Of a stretch of 64,000 nucleotides of DNA, positions 46,905-61,252 are shown piece by piece. Made by a program: the position numbers and the translations under genes. Numbering within the stretch: the first letter of the stretch is position 1; the number at the start of each line of letters is the position of its first letter. Below the pieces are notes generated by a model. The model saw only the letters and a list, made by a program, of their open reading frames with translations. It was not told where the DNA came from and did no database searches. The stretch is taken from positions 744,001 through 808,000 of the forward strand of contig NW_021831284.1 of NCBI RefSeq assembly GCF_006345805.1, read 5' to 3'. This DNA is from Octopus sinensis. Its lineage: Eukaryota.

Positions 46905-49900
46905 GAGGCACCGGAGTGTCTCTACTTAGCAGCATATTTCCCTGATATCTGATGTCCACTACAAAAACAACCGCGCCTTCTCCAGGACGGACTGTATTTT
47001 AGGGACGCAGGATTCATATGAGTTATCCAATTTTTCTTTGAGATCGAGGCCGTAGGCGTAACGCCAACTTAATGGCCTCGTTTTCTCGAGTTTGTCGATT
47101 AGACAAACCCTCTCATCTGTGTCATACCAGCCCTCAAACCCGTAGGTGAGAACCGGTTGTACACATGTCTTGTAAACGTAGATGAATGTTTCTGGACTCA
47201 GATGAAATCTGATCAGGCTTCGTAGGATTTTAACGGCTCTCTTCCTTTGGGTATCGATATGATTTCCATAGGAGCCTCTGGCCAAGTTATTGTAACCCCA
47301 AGGTATTGGAGGTTCTGCGAAAGTTTCAAGTCCCCAACTCCAAAGACACGAGCAGTTTCGCTCCTCCGCTTCGACAGTCTGCACACTGTGCTCTTGTCAC
47401 GGGCCAGCGTTAGACCCTTTGCACGAGTCCATTCCATTATCTTGGCAAGGTTCGAGCCTTCGCCATGACAGATCACTCCGTCTCGAGACATCAGTTACGA
47501 GAATGTAGTCCGCGTATACAATGAGATTACTCGATCGACCCGTAGGTAACGGGATGTCAGCAAGAAAAAGATTGAATAATAGCGGGCTCAGTATAGAACC
47601 CTGAGCTCTTTTGAGATCCACACAATCCGATAGTCGATTTCTGCACCGTACATAAGATTTCCTCTCGTGGAGATAACTCTTTAGCCATTTGAATATTTTT
47701 TCACCTGCACCAGTCTCCAAAACTTTTTCCAGAAGTCCAAGGTGCCAGACGCAGTCAAAAGCCTTCGACAAATCCAAGCACATAGCAGTCGTGCAAGATT
47801 TATTACGTATTGCCCAAGAAAGTTCCCTTTCTAGAACCTTCAAGCAGTTTCCCGTGGATTTCCCAGGACGAAAACCCCATTGTACAAAGGAAAGCAGATT
47901 ATTCTTTTCAACATGTAATGAGAGTCCTTCAAAAATTATTTTCTCCATAATCTTCGAAAAAGCGCAGATCAGGCTTATGTAGTTTTCTGCTAGGAGACTT
48001 GTTTTCTCAGGTTTCGGGATCATACGAACGACTGTGCACTTCCAGGTGGGCGGAAGATAACTAAGGGTAAAACTAGCGTCGAAAAGCATAGTTAGAGCCC
48101 GTAGGAGGATCCTCGGAGCCTTCTTAAGAAGTAACACAGGTATGTAGTCGAATCCAGGGCTTTGTTTTTCAGCCCTGCTATCGCTTCTTGTGTCTCTTTT
48201 TCGGTAATAGCCTCGCATAGAGGTCCATTCACAAGATTTAGAGATTCTAGCCTTGAAGTGACTTTCTCAAAGGTCTTTTGTGGAATAATTGATTTAGGTT
48301 TGACTTCTTGGGTTCTACCCAGCTGCCTTCTTAGTTCATCCGGGACAAGATCGGAGGGGATATACTTTCCATCTTGCCCCTTTAACACAATGTTGTCGCC
48401 TTTCCCTTCCGCGTTGTTCAGGCGCTGATACGCCTTCCAAAACTTTGGATTTCTCTTATCCAGCATTCGGCATTCCTTCCTCCATGATTTTTCTATTTTC
48501 TTTTTCCCAATTTTAACTATCATCGTCTTGAGGTGGTCGATTTCAACTTTTAACTGATTTCTGACTCCCACGTTGGAACACCTCCTCCTGCGATTCTGAA
48601 GGGCGTCCTTCTTTGTTATAAGCATCGACAGTTTTTTGTCTGTTTGGCGAAACAAGGGCCCGATGCTCTCAATAATCTCTTTTCCGTAAATTTTTTCAAA
48701 AATTCGACAATTGATGACCTCAGATAGGCATCGAGGTCGTCGATATCCTCCATGGTCCGAAGAGGACGGAACACGGTAGTATTAAGTGCCAGCGCATAGA
48801 GTACTCAAATAGATGCCAATCCACATTCGACAGATTATATCCAATAAACACGTCCTCTGTCAGATTTATTTTCGTCCTTAGTCTCAATGATTGCGGGATG
48901 TGATCACTCCCTACATCCACCTTGATTGTCGGACGATCACAAAGTGGAGTAATAGACGCCGAGGAGAGAAAAATTCCAAGGCGATCCGGTCTGCCTCTAT
49001 CCGGATAGTTGTTTAGCTCTTCGGACGTCCATATCGAAAAACCGAGATTTCGAGACAAACCCTCAAGTACCTCTCCGTCCGTATTGGTTGCTTCACACCC
49101 GTAGACAATATTCTTTGCGTTCAGATCACCGGCTAGGATAGCCAGATTGTTCTCTTCAAAGAATGTCCTAACAACAGCCGGGTAGCTTCTCAAAGCCTTT
49201 GAATACATCCCTCCGACAGTAACCCAGCCAACGGCTGTAAGTACTTTGAACGATATAAGTTCACAGGACTTGTCTTCAATAATCTTTCCGTTTTTGACTC
49301 TCATACTTCCATTATAGAAGACAGACGATCCTGTTCCTGCTACTGCGTCAGTTTTCCATGGGATATTAAGGGATTTGTAGCCTTCAAATTCAATTTTATT
49401 TGGTCCCTTCAGCTTCGTCTTGTTGACAATAAATACGTCCGTTTTCGCTGAGGCTAGCAGAAACCTCAGCTCCGTTACCCGTCTCGTGAGTGAGCGGGCA
49501 TTTAGAATTGTCAGAACGAGGCATCCTTCCGACATGGGTGGCTGACCTCCCGTGGGAGCGCCACCTTTTTCGGTAAAGGGGGTCTGCCTGCTTTCCGTTT
49601 GCTACCCATTTCAGCCGGCTCTAGAGGCGTCCCATTGTCCTCCAGCCGGGCTTTGGGGCTTGGCAGCTGAACTCCAGAATTTGCTACCGCAGTTTTCTTC
49701 ACTGCTCTCGCCTTCGGGGCGGCGGGTTTTGTTTCTGGGCATGGGTCCGTTTGGATTCCCGTGTTAATGAAGCAGGTCTGAGTTCCGGATTCGATCCGGT
49801 TCTTGACAATGTCGTCAGTTTGAACACCAATATCGCATTTCTTTGGGGATTTGTAGTCAATTAGATGAGTTCCCTTCTGTGTGCTGATAGCAGCATGCGT

Positions 49901-50657
49901 GGCAGATTCTGGATCAAGTAACTTCCCCGACCAAGGGGCCTTCATGCCAGACATTTGTCCTTCATTTACACAATTTCTCTTAGTGTGAGTCATTTCCAGT
50001 TTCTTCTTTATCGATTGTTTCGCCACCGGACAGCCCAACCAGTTCGCCCGGTGTCCATGTGATCCGCAGTTGATGCACGGGAGTTTGACGTGTGTTCCGA
50101 TCATACATTGGATGCGATCGTGTGCATCACAACACAACAAACAGCGCACTGTCTCCTTACAGTATAACAAGATGTGTCCAAATTTGTAACATCGATAGCA
50201 TTGCCTCTCAGGATTTTTGTACCAGGTAAAACGGATTTTGTTGAAGCCAATTTTGAGACCTAGGGTGATCAACGACTGTGCTTCGTTTCTGTCCTGGATA
50301 GTAAGCTTGGCAAGTGGCAGATATTTCCCATTATTACCAAATCTCTCCAGTTTGAACTCTGGGGATAGCACTTTCGACAAAAGCCTGTGTAGATCCTCGT
50401 TATCAACCCAAAAAGGTAGATTCCTCATCATTAAAATCGAATCCCTGCGTGTCCGGTGCTCTATTGTGTGCCCATTGTCACCAAAAGGAAGGTTCATTTC
50501 CCAATCGTTTTTAAAAGACACGAAATCCAGTTCCGAATTAAAGACAAGTTCGTATGAGCCATCAAAGCGACGGGAGATTCTCGCCTTGAGGGCAGTTTTC
50601 GAATTACAGATGATATTGGCTACCTCAATTGAATCAAAAGAGGTGTTTGACACACGT
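46905..50657 (-). mobile_element. Jockey/I-like LINE, unit 2 copy (ORF1 open for 380 codons)
   Basis: ORFs 49511-50653, 48720-49535 and 47397-48218; duplicate of 31100-34835. Confidence 0.92.
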
Positions 50658-50661
50658 ACAA

Positions 50662-53600
50662 TTTTTTTTTTAATTTATAAGTAAACGAAAAGAGTTAAAA
50701 TGCGCAGCGGATCGACTGGCAATTCCCGCGCATGATGGCCAATGAGATCCTTTGAAAGAGTCTGATCGACTCGTTGGGATCTTTCGTGGCAACCACGAGC
50801 TTAGATCCAAGGCGGCGGAGAAACGATAGCGTCTGCGGGCCGATGACTCCAGAGGTTTCCACCGCGACTGCAGTGAATTGGTGATTCTTTGCCAGGACCC
50901 GGTACTTCTTCTGTTTTGTTAGTTCCGCCTGCTTTGCAACTGAGCCCGGTTCCGCAGCGGAGGCAATTAGATTCTTGGCGGAGAAAGTGTCGGAACAGGT
51001 GGCGTCCCAGATAAGGCATTTCCCCTTTTCAAACGGGAAGATTGACATGCCATCCGGGCGCTTACCGTCGCCTCTGTCGAGCCCGACTGGTTCGAGCTCA
51101 TTAGGAAACCCCGCCGTCGTTAGGGCACGGCTCACGGTGTCGTTGATGGCGGCGTGTCGTGGGAAACGTCCGGCACTACGTGAGCAGGAGAGGGGATGAT
51201 GGCCAAATGAGTCCACTCTTAAACCGCAGCGGCACTGGTGTGTTCTGCAAATGGGAAGTCCGAGGCGGAGAGAGACGGAAATCCTTACACAGTCGTTGTC
51301 CATTAAGGTGCCGATTGACGCCATAGGGATTGCTGTAAGCCATGCACCAGAATATGGTTGCGAGGCGGCCAATAAGCAAGCCAAGCAATGTTGATTGAGT
51401 TTCGGCTTGAGGCTGTTTATCTTGTGGTCGCAGAGGATCCGGTCCCATTGGCCTTGAGCGTGTGTATTCTCCGGGATTTCCAGAGACATCCCTTGCCAGC
51501 AACTTTCTGCGGCGACCGACTCTGTGTCCATAGATGATTCGGTTACGGATTGGAGAATCTCCTGGACCAGATCGTTGGTCGCATTAACTGAAGATAAGTA
51601 CGCCGGGATAGAAAGGTCGACAGATGATCGGATACCAATACCGCCATGGCTTATAGCAGTGGTTCTCAACGGTGGGCGATTCGCCCCCTAGGGGCGATTT
51701 TTTTTGGTAGGTGGGCGATTTTTTCTGCCAGGGGGGCGATGGCTGATTGCTAATATTTGAAAAATTAAAATCTTATGTTAGAAGTTGATAATCTGTGAAA
51801 AAATAAAGATATATAATCGAGTCTAATAATATTTATTAATAATATGATATTTTTATTATATTTTATTTAAATTTCTAAGCGTGATTTCTAGTTATCTTTA
51901 TGGGTCGTGTTCAAAAAAAAGTCAGAATGTATAAAGATGAATATATTTCTCTTGGATTTATTAAAGATCCTCAAGATCCTAATAAACCACTTTGTCTTCA
52001 ATGTGGTACAATTTTTTCGAATGAGGCAATGACACCGTCTCGTTTGATTGAACATTTAAAGCGAAAACATCATAATTCAATTGGAAAAAAGCCAGACTTT
52101 TTTCTAGAATTAAAAAAGAATTTTGAAAATAAAAACACCTTACCGTCAATCTTTAATAAAAATATATCTTAAATTGTCTCTGGATTATCTTATTCATATA
52201 AAGTTGCAGAGATAATCGCAAAAACTGGTTGCATTATTATTTTAATTTATAGGTAATGCCCATTCGATTGCAGAAAATGTCATCCGTCCTTGTTTAAATT
52301 TATTTATAAACGATATCTTACAAAAAGATTCTTCAAATATTATGAAGACTATTCCATTAAGCAACGACACTATACAAAGAAGAATTGATGAAATTTCTAA
52401 TGAAATTGAACAATCTTTAATTTTATTTCTCAGAGAACGCAAGTTTTCAGTCCAACTTGACGAATCAGTTGTCGTTGATAATCAGTCAATTTTGATGGCA
52501 TATGTAAGGTATTACTTTTTATAAATACTTTTTATAAAGATATTTCGATGATGATTCTATTTTGCAAGAAGAGTTATTATTTGCAAAATCTTTAGTCACG
52601 GATACTACAGGATTGTCAATATTCAAAATGTTTGAATCTTATTTATTCTTAAATGATATTCCATTTGAACATATTTTATCGTGCGCAACTGATGGCGCAA
52701 TGGCTATGGTTGGAAAATATCGTGGTTTTTTAGCTTTTCTAAAACACAAATCTCCAATGTCCACTTCAATTCATTGTATTTTACATCGGCATCATTTAAT
52801 TGCAAAAAAATTATCTGAAGAATTGAATGCATCAATGTAATTGTTATCAAAGTTATCAATAAAATTAAAAGAAACAGAGCAAGTACGATCGTATTTTTCG
52901 TGAATACTGCACTAATCAAAATGAAGATTATGTTAGGTTACTTTTACATATCGAAGTAAGATGGTTATCCAAGGGAAATTGTCTTGAAAGATTTGTGATA
53001 TTATTTGATGCAATTGTTGATTTTTTAAGATTACAAGAAGAATTTAAATTGTTTAATTCCTGTAAAATTCATAAAAAAAATATTTTTTATTTTTACTAAT
53101 GAAATAAGGGGGCGATATAAAAATTGGAGGGGCGAAAAAAAATAAAGGTTGAGAACCACTGGCTTATAGGAAGGGTGGCCTTTTGCCAACCGATCTCATC
53201 AAGGGTAATATTGCAAATGGACTCCAAGCTGGATTTAAGCGAAAAATCAAATGATTCGAGAGCCCTCAGGTTAAAGAAACATGGGGCACTTCTGAGGATA
53301 AATAGAAGCTTTGGAATTGCAAAACAATTGCGTAGGAAAAACAGGCCGGAATGGGAATCGATTTTTGCTAGTTTGTTAGAAATTGCCACTAGCGAGGATG
53401 TTTTAGCATGTAGGGATGATTCAACACCCAGATTAGATATAGGAGACCCTAAGATTTTCAAATTTTCGATCAAGGTCCTGCGGATATTTGGAAGGACATT
53501 CGAGAACGTATTAAATACAGAGGTAAAATCTTCTGGGGTAAAGCCAATATTGGCAATTTCGGATTTGAGCGGATTGATGGATAGGCCAAGAGAATTAAGG

Positions 53601-55315
53601 GAGGGGATCAGATTTTCCAAATCTTTAAGGACAGAAGCTACCGGACCTCCGATAGTAGCGTCGTCAAGGTACCATACATTGAAACGAGATGAGATGTTCC
53701 GAACAACAGGATCGATCGTCAGGGCAAAAAGCAACGGGCCAAGTGAATCGCCCTGTTAAACACCGTTGCTGGGATTTGGTCATCGGCAATAAGAAGGCTT
53801 GGCTTGGAGTAAGCCATAGATACCAAGCGGGCAATTGAGGGAGCACGCCGGTAGCAAGTTTCGAGAATACAGTCCCGACGAAGACTGTTGAAGGCATTTG
53901 TCAAGTCTAGCTTCACGAGTACAGAGGCGTTATCCGGCCTTTCGGTTGAGGCGGAAATAAACTTTCTTGCAGCATGGACAGCAGCTTCACAGCCGCCGCG
54001 GACACCGACGCCCAACTGAAACGGGCGTAGTTCCTGACCCAAAGACTTGGTAACTTGTCTACAGGCTACTTTGGAAGCTAGGCGGCGAAAAAATGTACCA
54101 ACAGCAATAGGGCGGATCCCGCCTTCCTTCTTCCTCAATGCGGTGATGTTTGCAGGAAATAGAAGGTCCCGAGCGTACTGATCATGTTTGTCAGAGCAGT
54201 TATGGAGACGAGGAGCCGAGCGCCAGCCTCGCAAGTGTGGCTTGAGAGTAGTTTTTTCACATGCCCTGGGCGTAGTCCGTCGATGCCCCCGCAGCTGCCT
54301 GTTGCAAGGGAATTAATAGCATCTAGAACATCTTCTTTGGGGGCATAGGTTGCGGGGTAATCGGAATTTAAAGTAGTAAAGCGAAGGTCCGCGGGGGGAC
54401 TCGGATGTTTTGCATTAAGCTCAGCGAGGACACTTGGTGTAATGGAAAGAACTGAGTCATCAGATGATAAAACACGGACAGCGCTTGCAACATTTCCCTC
54501 CATCAGTTTAGTGTTGATCCTGTTCCGCAGGCGCAAAATGTCTTGGGCTTCTGGGTCTACGTTGCTACTTTGACTGGATTTTTTGACTTTATGCGTTGAC
54601 TGGGGCTTTGTTTCGCCCAGCCAGGCAGAAAAGTCATCATCAGGGCGATTTAGGTAGGCTGAGATGTTATGCTTAGAACGGTTAGAAATCGATTTTGGTG
54701 GGGAGTCCTCTCTGCGGAGGCCGAGAGCCATGACGCCAAAGCAGAAAAGATGATTCCAGGAGGCTGGGTCATTGGAAGTAATGGCTTTGTCGATGACTAT
54801 TGATAAAGAGTCTGCGGCAAGGATACGTGCGGCCTTCGGGATTTTGATAGGGATCGAGCGGCTTCTCTTGGCTTGTGCGACCGCCAAGAGGAAATCTTTT
54901 ACCGAGGGGGAAGAAATGATGGGCTGAGAGTGTGAATCTTTGGATGAGAATACCGGATGCGGGCTCAAGTTTAATTGGGTAAGGCAAGAGTGGCAACTCC
55001 ACTTCGACAGAGAAGCGGCGGCCAATTTAGGTATTCCGGCACAGGATTGATGGAAAAAAAGGTCACAGGAGGAGCAATGACAGCCGTTCTTCCTGGGGTT
55101 GTTAAGCATGCACGAAGTGCAGCAAAGCGACTTTTTAGAGAAACAGAGAGGCATGAGGAAAAAAAAGAAAAGTAGATTGAAACAATGACAAAGGATTAGG
55201 ACAATAGAATGGAACAATAGAAAGTACGAATTGAAATAATTTGAAAAATAAATTGGAATTACAAATAAATTGAAAAAAATTACACCACAACATTTAACGT
55301 GAATTTAAAATCACG
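50662..55315 (-). mobile_element. CRE family B, unit 2 copy
   Basis: Duplicate of 34841-39488 with the same TSD and the same nested hAT. Confidence 0.92.
51657..53161 (+). mobile_element. hAT/Buster nested in CRE-B (unit 2)
   Basis: Same TIRs and GCTTATAG TSD as 35835-37336. Confidence 0.96.
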
Positions 55316-55499
55316 CACGTACAATTATCGACGTACAATTATCGACACTTTCGAATTTTCTTGTTTGAAATTAACATTAATTTTGCTATTTGCACAACCA
55401 GAAACGAAATGCACCATGCTTCAATGGGACGCGTTTTGTATATCAAATTTAAGGCATATATACTGTCATTTGGTAGAAAATCAAACTGATAAAAAATGG

Positions 55500-58400
55500 C
55501 TTACTAGTGGTATTCGAAAATTTTTTCATAAAAGGAATTTAGTTTTAATAATTAGTTATGGATTTCTAAGTTGTTGTCCAATAAAAGCTTAAAATTCATT
55601 TAAAAACGAATAAATTATTCCGATACCGATAAAATTAACCAAATCCAAAGAATAAATTAAATTTCTAAATATCCATTCCATCAATTATAGCTTTTAGGAT
55701 GAATGCAGCCAGTTCTTCACTATTCCAATAATACACATGTGACAACAAATAACGTGAAAAATTATATTTTTGTTCACTGAGAGCATAGTCAAGACGAAAT
55801 TCGAGTCCTACAAGTTGAAGTTTATTTTATTACCTTCCGGAACAAGCGAGGTTTCTTCAATTCTTAAATGATCATAGAATGGAGAAAAAAATTCATATGA
55901 GTTCAGATGATCATTCCAACCTCGGTAAAAAATACAATCAGGTTTGATGACATTTCGATGAATGATATTCATGACTATTTTTTGTGTAACCACTTCTTTT
56001 AATATAACAGGGTTTATATTATAGAAAGCTCGGCAAAACAAAGGTTCCAACCGATAAGCCTATAAATACTTTAAATTAAAAATATTTCACTATGAAATCG
56101 CTTGGATAAAAAATGTTAAAAAGACGGTAGGGCATCCCATATTTGGGTAGAATATCTTCTTGTGTTGAAGAATCACGAACCGATTTTCCTCGGAGCATCA
56201 AAAACATGGAAAGTGGCGACCCAAGCATAAAAAAGTTTTTAATTTTGAGATCCAAAATTGAAGGTAAGAAAAGGTTATTTTTTAAAGATGGACAAATCCA
56301 GGTATCCCCTTCCGTAATGAGGTCATAAACGATCAGAGAGCCTAAATTTAAAATAACTTCAACTGATTATACCTAGAGAATGAGCTACAATTGATATATC
56401 CGGAAGATTTGTTTTTTTGTTTTTTCTGTATTCGACAAAAAGCGAATACAATCGTGATAATTCAGTTGTTAATTTCTCAATAATCTATGAATATCAAAAA
56501 ATTAAAATGACAACTTTGGCTCTAAAATAAGAACTTGTGTAGTATAGGATGTCAAGAACAGAGTTGTTAATAAAATTACGGACATTTATATTTGAAGATG
56601 GCATTAAAACATCTAATATATCTAAAAGGAGATTAAATTTTATTAAAAAAACTTTCTCCCAATTCGACTGTGCGCCAATTCACTGGCATTAGTTCAATTA
56701 CTGCGTTTTTATTATTGGCCAGATATGTTACACTAAAAATTCATATAAATAGAAATAAAAACTTTTAAAATAAAAATTAATACAAAGCATAACCTAATTG
56801 TTCGCAAAAATATGCTTTTCTGAATAGAAAAAATTTGGACTGAAACATGAATTTTTTCCCAAAAACCAACATACCGTGTAAAATATGAGTTTTAAATTAT
56901 TTAGCAATCTATTAATTTTGGCTTATCCATATCTTTTTTTTATTAAATAATTATTCTTTTTTTTTAAAAAAAAATTTTAAAAGCCTCTTATTAGTTTAAA
57001 ACGTTTTCTATCAAGGAATCACAAAAAAGAAGGATCATTCCCAATTTTAATTAAGCGTGAAACATGTATTTTCTCATACATGTCACCTGTCTCACTTTGT
57101 ATTGTTACTACAAAATCGTCTTTTGCCACAATTGTGTATTTCACCATCTCTAATCCATCATAAAGTGGATATTGTCGTTTGTTAGCGTCATTATCTTGCC
57201 TAAATTACATGTTTATACATCCCAAATACCTTAAGATTACTATCTCTCCTACACTAAAAGTAGCCTCGTCATACTTCCATTTTCTTCTCTGAGCCATTTT
57301 ATCAGCTGCCAACAGAATATTTACATACGCTTCATTCCTTTCCTCTTCCAAATATTCTATGTCATCATTTTGCAATAACAATGATTCTAGTTCCTCCTCT
57401 GATGTTTCAATAGGATATTTTATGCCCATAAATAGATTAAATGGGACTTTTTTTGTGGTGGAATGGACAGTATTGTTATAATCAAAAACAATGTCTTTGA
57501 TTATATCGCAATAGCGTCCAAAACATTCATCAGAGTAACTTTTAGATGAAATCCATCTTTTGATACTCTGATTTAGTCTAAAGAATAATGTTATCTTACA
57601 ACCTTTCCACCTGTCCCTGTACCCAAGGAGCCCTTGGTCGTCCACGGACATGTTTAATTTTGTACTTTTCACATAAACGGGCGACATGGTCATTGCAAAA
57701 TTCTTTACCATTGTCTGTATGCAAGATCAATGGTGGCCCAATATAATAAAAGATGTTCTGAAATAACGAAGCAATTTCATGAGCTCTTTTGGTAAAAGAT
57801 AACTCAACTATCGCGAATTTCGAAAAAGAATCGACAATTACAAGAATCTAATCTTTATATAGCCAAAAGTACCCAGTTATAAGAATCATTAATATCTGAA
57901 TATCTCCTTAGGTCCACTAAATCGGCGATATACCGATCGCGACTCCGCCTTGCAATGATCGGCGTAACTGGGGGTTTAGTAGCCAATGATTTTTTTGACT
58001 AAAAAATTAATAAAAAAAACTTAAAACCTGGCAAGGAATACATCGTTTTATGACACGATTGATCTCTGCACGTGATATTCCGTGGTATAAGCGCGCCAAT
58101 TTTGAAAACAACCGGTCTCGACCAAAATGATTCAAATTATGTTCAGCCAATTGAAATAAACATTTATTATGCAAACTTCAATATATTTATCTTTAAGTTC
58201 AGCTTCATCGCTGCAGAAAAATCTTAATTTAAGTCCATCTTTAGTGATATATGGAGCTCCATCCAAAAAATCAAATTTATTTGCTAATTTCAGTAGTCTT
58301 GATCTTTGCATCCGCGAAAGCGTCCTGCTGACGAATACGAGCTCAGGATTGCTCTTAAGTTCCTTAAGTAATTCTAAGTCTTCCTTTGTTACTTGCACTA

Positions 58401-59088
58401 AACGCATTTTTAACGTGTATTTGTAATTTAAAAAAACATCAATATTTTTTAAAAATTTATAAGTTTTCTTTGATTTCATAGAAATATACCAAAGGATTCA
58501 TGTTTTAAGTTTTTTCCAACTTGACATTTTGATGTTGGTGTAACACATCTGGCGGAGTAACAGTTGTGGCCGGTGACAGATGATATAAAGTTTTCGATTT
58601 TTTAAAAATTAATTAATTTTAATTATCTTCAAAAAAAAACTGCGACCACTTCGACAAAAGTACCGGAATATTTCATTTCTGATTTCCACTTAACTGTATA
58701 TTCTTCAAGGATTAGTGGCTCTAAGATTGGGGAGATAATAAATACTTTTATTTGTCGAGGCGTACATCTCGTAGTAATAGGGATCTATTTGTTCAGCTAG
58801 CGATTCAGATATGGGCTCATATTTAGGATAGGTAAACCAAGTTCCACGGATAACTTGAAACCATGATTCTTCAAATATAAATAAATCGTATTTGCCTCTA
58901 TCGTATATTGGAAAGCATCTCCGGTCGTGTAAATTAACCACAAAAATTCCGTGACGAACTGTTACTTCTTTCAATTCCTTGCCACTTCTGTATTCTTTTT
59001 CAAGACGAGTTGTATCATAGCTTCCAAATTTAAAGAAAGAACCGTTTTTTATGTAAAACCAGCGAACTTGCTCCATTAACTGGGTCAT
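55500..59088 (-). pseudogene. DDHD1: DDHD phospholipase copy 2, disrupted by a Ginger-like element and an adjacent deletion
   Basis: Largely colinear with 16530-18582; the segment equivalent to about 17845-18120 is missing beside the insertion. Confidence 0.78.
56718..58553 (-). mobile_element. Ginger-like (retroviral-integrase-type) DNA transposon with introns
   Basis: H2C2 'HFGRDRLF..RCIPCQ'; rve 'RYIADLVD..IVDSFSKF..LHTDNGKEF..GRPRAPWVQGQVERLNQ'; 16-bp inverted ends GCCAGAT(A/G)TGTTACAC; three tiny introns; no LTR or RT. Confidence 0.8.
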
Positions 59089-59732
59089 AAAATAATGTTA
59101 AATGGCGATAAATTAATTTAAAAACCAAGAATGGCGTTTCTAGTTCGTCGGGGCTGTTGCGATCACGAAAGAGTTATGCGTACAATCGCAAGGGATATTC
59201 GCTCAAAAACCATCTCGATTTGCGTGCGTTGCATGTAAATGTAGAAATCTTGACTTTGAAATTTACAAAATTATGTTAATTTGATATTCATTAACATTGT
59301 TGAATAACATTGACTGGTGGCGGCTAGCACTCAGGTGGGCATTAGGCTCGCGACATTTTATTAATCAAAATGAAGAGGTTAGTTGACTAGTTTGGTTATT
59401 AGCAGATAGTCAGGGTATTAATTCTGATTATAGACAAAGAGGCTCGCTTGGCCAGAATGGGTAACCTTTTCCATAACACCAGATGTATTGAAACAGGCTT
59501 CGAACAGAAAGTAACTGGTTTTTTTAATTTTAATTGGGAAATGTTTTTAATTCACTCAAATTGTATTTTTGTTATTTTAAAACCCAACCATAAGGCAGGG
59601 ATTATTTATAGCTATAGATTTCAAAATACCGATTTTCTGACTATTAGAATACTATTCAACAAAATACAAAGAATACTGAGTTGTTTAAAAATATCGATGA
59701 TTAAAAATATTAAATAACCATAAAAATTTAGT

Positions 59733-61252
59733 TCAGATGTCACTTGAATCAAGTCTGTAAATTTTGTACTGATCTCCGTATTCGGTAGTTGCAATCTCGA
59801 AAATGCAGCCAAAACATAAGAGGACCTCTCCTGAATGTATATCTTTAATTATCTATATCAATTAGATTAAAATATAATTGTTTATCACATTAAGAACTGA
59901 AAAGTATTCAAGAAATAAATTCTTTTCCATTAAATTATATTTTTGAAGCTGGAACATGAACTTGGATAGATATTCGTGGAATTCTTCGTTAATGGAATAG
60001 TTGAAGTTTGAACAGCAATATTCTGCAACAGGAATCTTATATTTTAGTCACTAAATTCGACTACTGATCTAGAAGACGCCATTTCATTGCCAAGAGAATA
60101 GACTTTTGTAATAACCTCAATGTTCATATTATCCGATCCAATAAGCCTGAAAATATGATATAGAAAATATTGCTCACGTCATATTCCATAAAAATTTTGA
60201 ATAAATCGCATCTAATTCCACATTGAAGTTAATCTAGCTTTGTTTATTCCATTTTTAGTCATATACCCAAAATTTTACTAAATAAAATGCATTTTCTGGG
60301 CCTTGCCGAAACATCATCGCATAATTTGGAGAAAATTTGTCTGTAATTTTATTCAGATTAATTTTCTAATAAATATATTACTAAAAAATCGATAAACTTC
60401 ATAAATGAAATCACAGGTGGATTCTATCCGTGAGAAAATGTGTTTTTGTGTCGATATAAGCTTTAAGATAATTAAATTAAATATATACGCCTGATTGATG
60501 ATTTTCAGTTTCACAAAATACGTAATAACTTTGTAATCTCAACCTCACGCCGTTAAAACCTCCTACAAAAAGATTGTGCTGCATAAAATAGTTCATCGAA
60601 GGTTCATATCGCAAAGGTGTTTGGTTAGAAGATGAATTTCTGAAAATTTATAAATTTGTTCAAGATTTACTGAAATTGAGACTGTTGATTCGTTGATATA
60701 ATCTATAAATATTTAGATCCAAACATTTACATTATTAGAAGGAAAATGAAAAGATTTTGAACATGACATTTTTGATTCGTCTGGAACGAAATATTTCGTG
60801 CTAAATGGACGTGATGCTTCGAACGAAGAATCAGAAGAGTAACCAATCTTTTCTTTGTTTTTAATAAAGTTCTTAATTTCACAGTATATTTTAGATATAC
60901 GTCTCTTTTTTTCATTCGACGATTTATCACTTGGATATGACTCGATACTTGTTTCCGAGTACGAGTCTTGCCAGTTTTTTCATGTATATATCGAGCAATA
61001 AGTTCATTTCTACCTAATAACATGTTAGATATAAAATAACTAACCAAACATTTTTCCCTCATTAGCAAAAACTATCTTCCTTCTCCCACATGGAGGATAT
61101 ATATTTAAGGCATCTTGAAAAATTTTGTCAATGTCGGCAGACCACACTCCTTCAGCAATCGTATCGTCGTCATTAGAATTCATTCTTAGTTGATTGTTTT
61201 CGGAGATTTCATTTTTTTTGTTAAGCCTTCCAAAATCATTCCAGTTTTGCAT
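59733..61252 (-). CDS. TEAD: TEAD/Scalloped transcription factor (TEA domain + YAP-binding domain)
   Basis: '[33 protein letters not shown]|[25 protein letters not shown]' with a 31-nt intron; C-terminal 'ITKVYSLG', '[10 protein letters not shown]', '[19 protein letters not shown]'; stop 59733-59735. Confidence 0.92.

Larger units (their letters stand above)
39816..55645. repeat. ~15.8-kb tandem segmental duplication, unit 2
   Basis: The junction ...TAACCAAAT|CAAATATTTTATGG joins the DDHD 3' region to mid-dynein with short TC/CAAA microhomology. Confidence 0.93.

Noticed and set aside
59155-59354. Second copy of the TGT...ACA element (GCTCGCGACAT at about 59345)
   Set aside because: Only about 11 bp match, a weak left end and no TSD.
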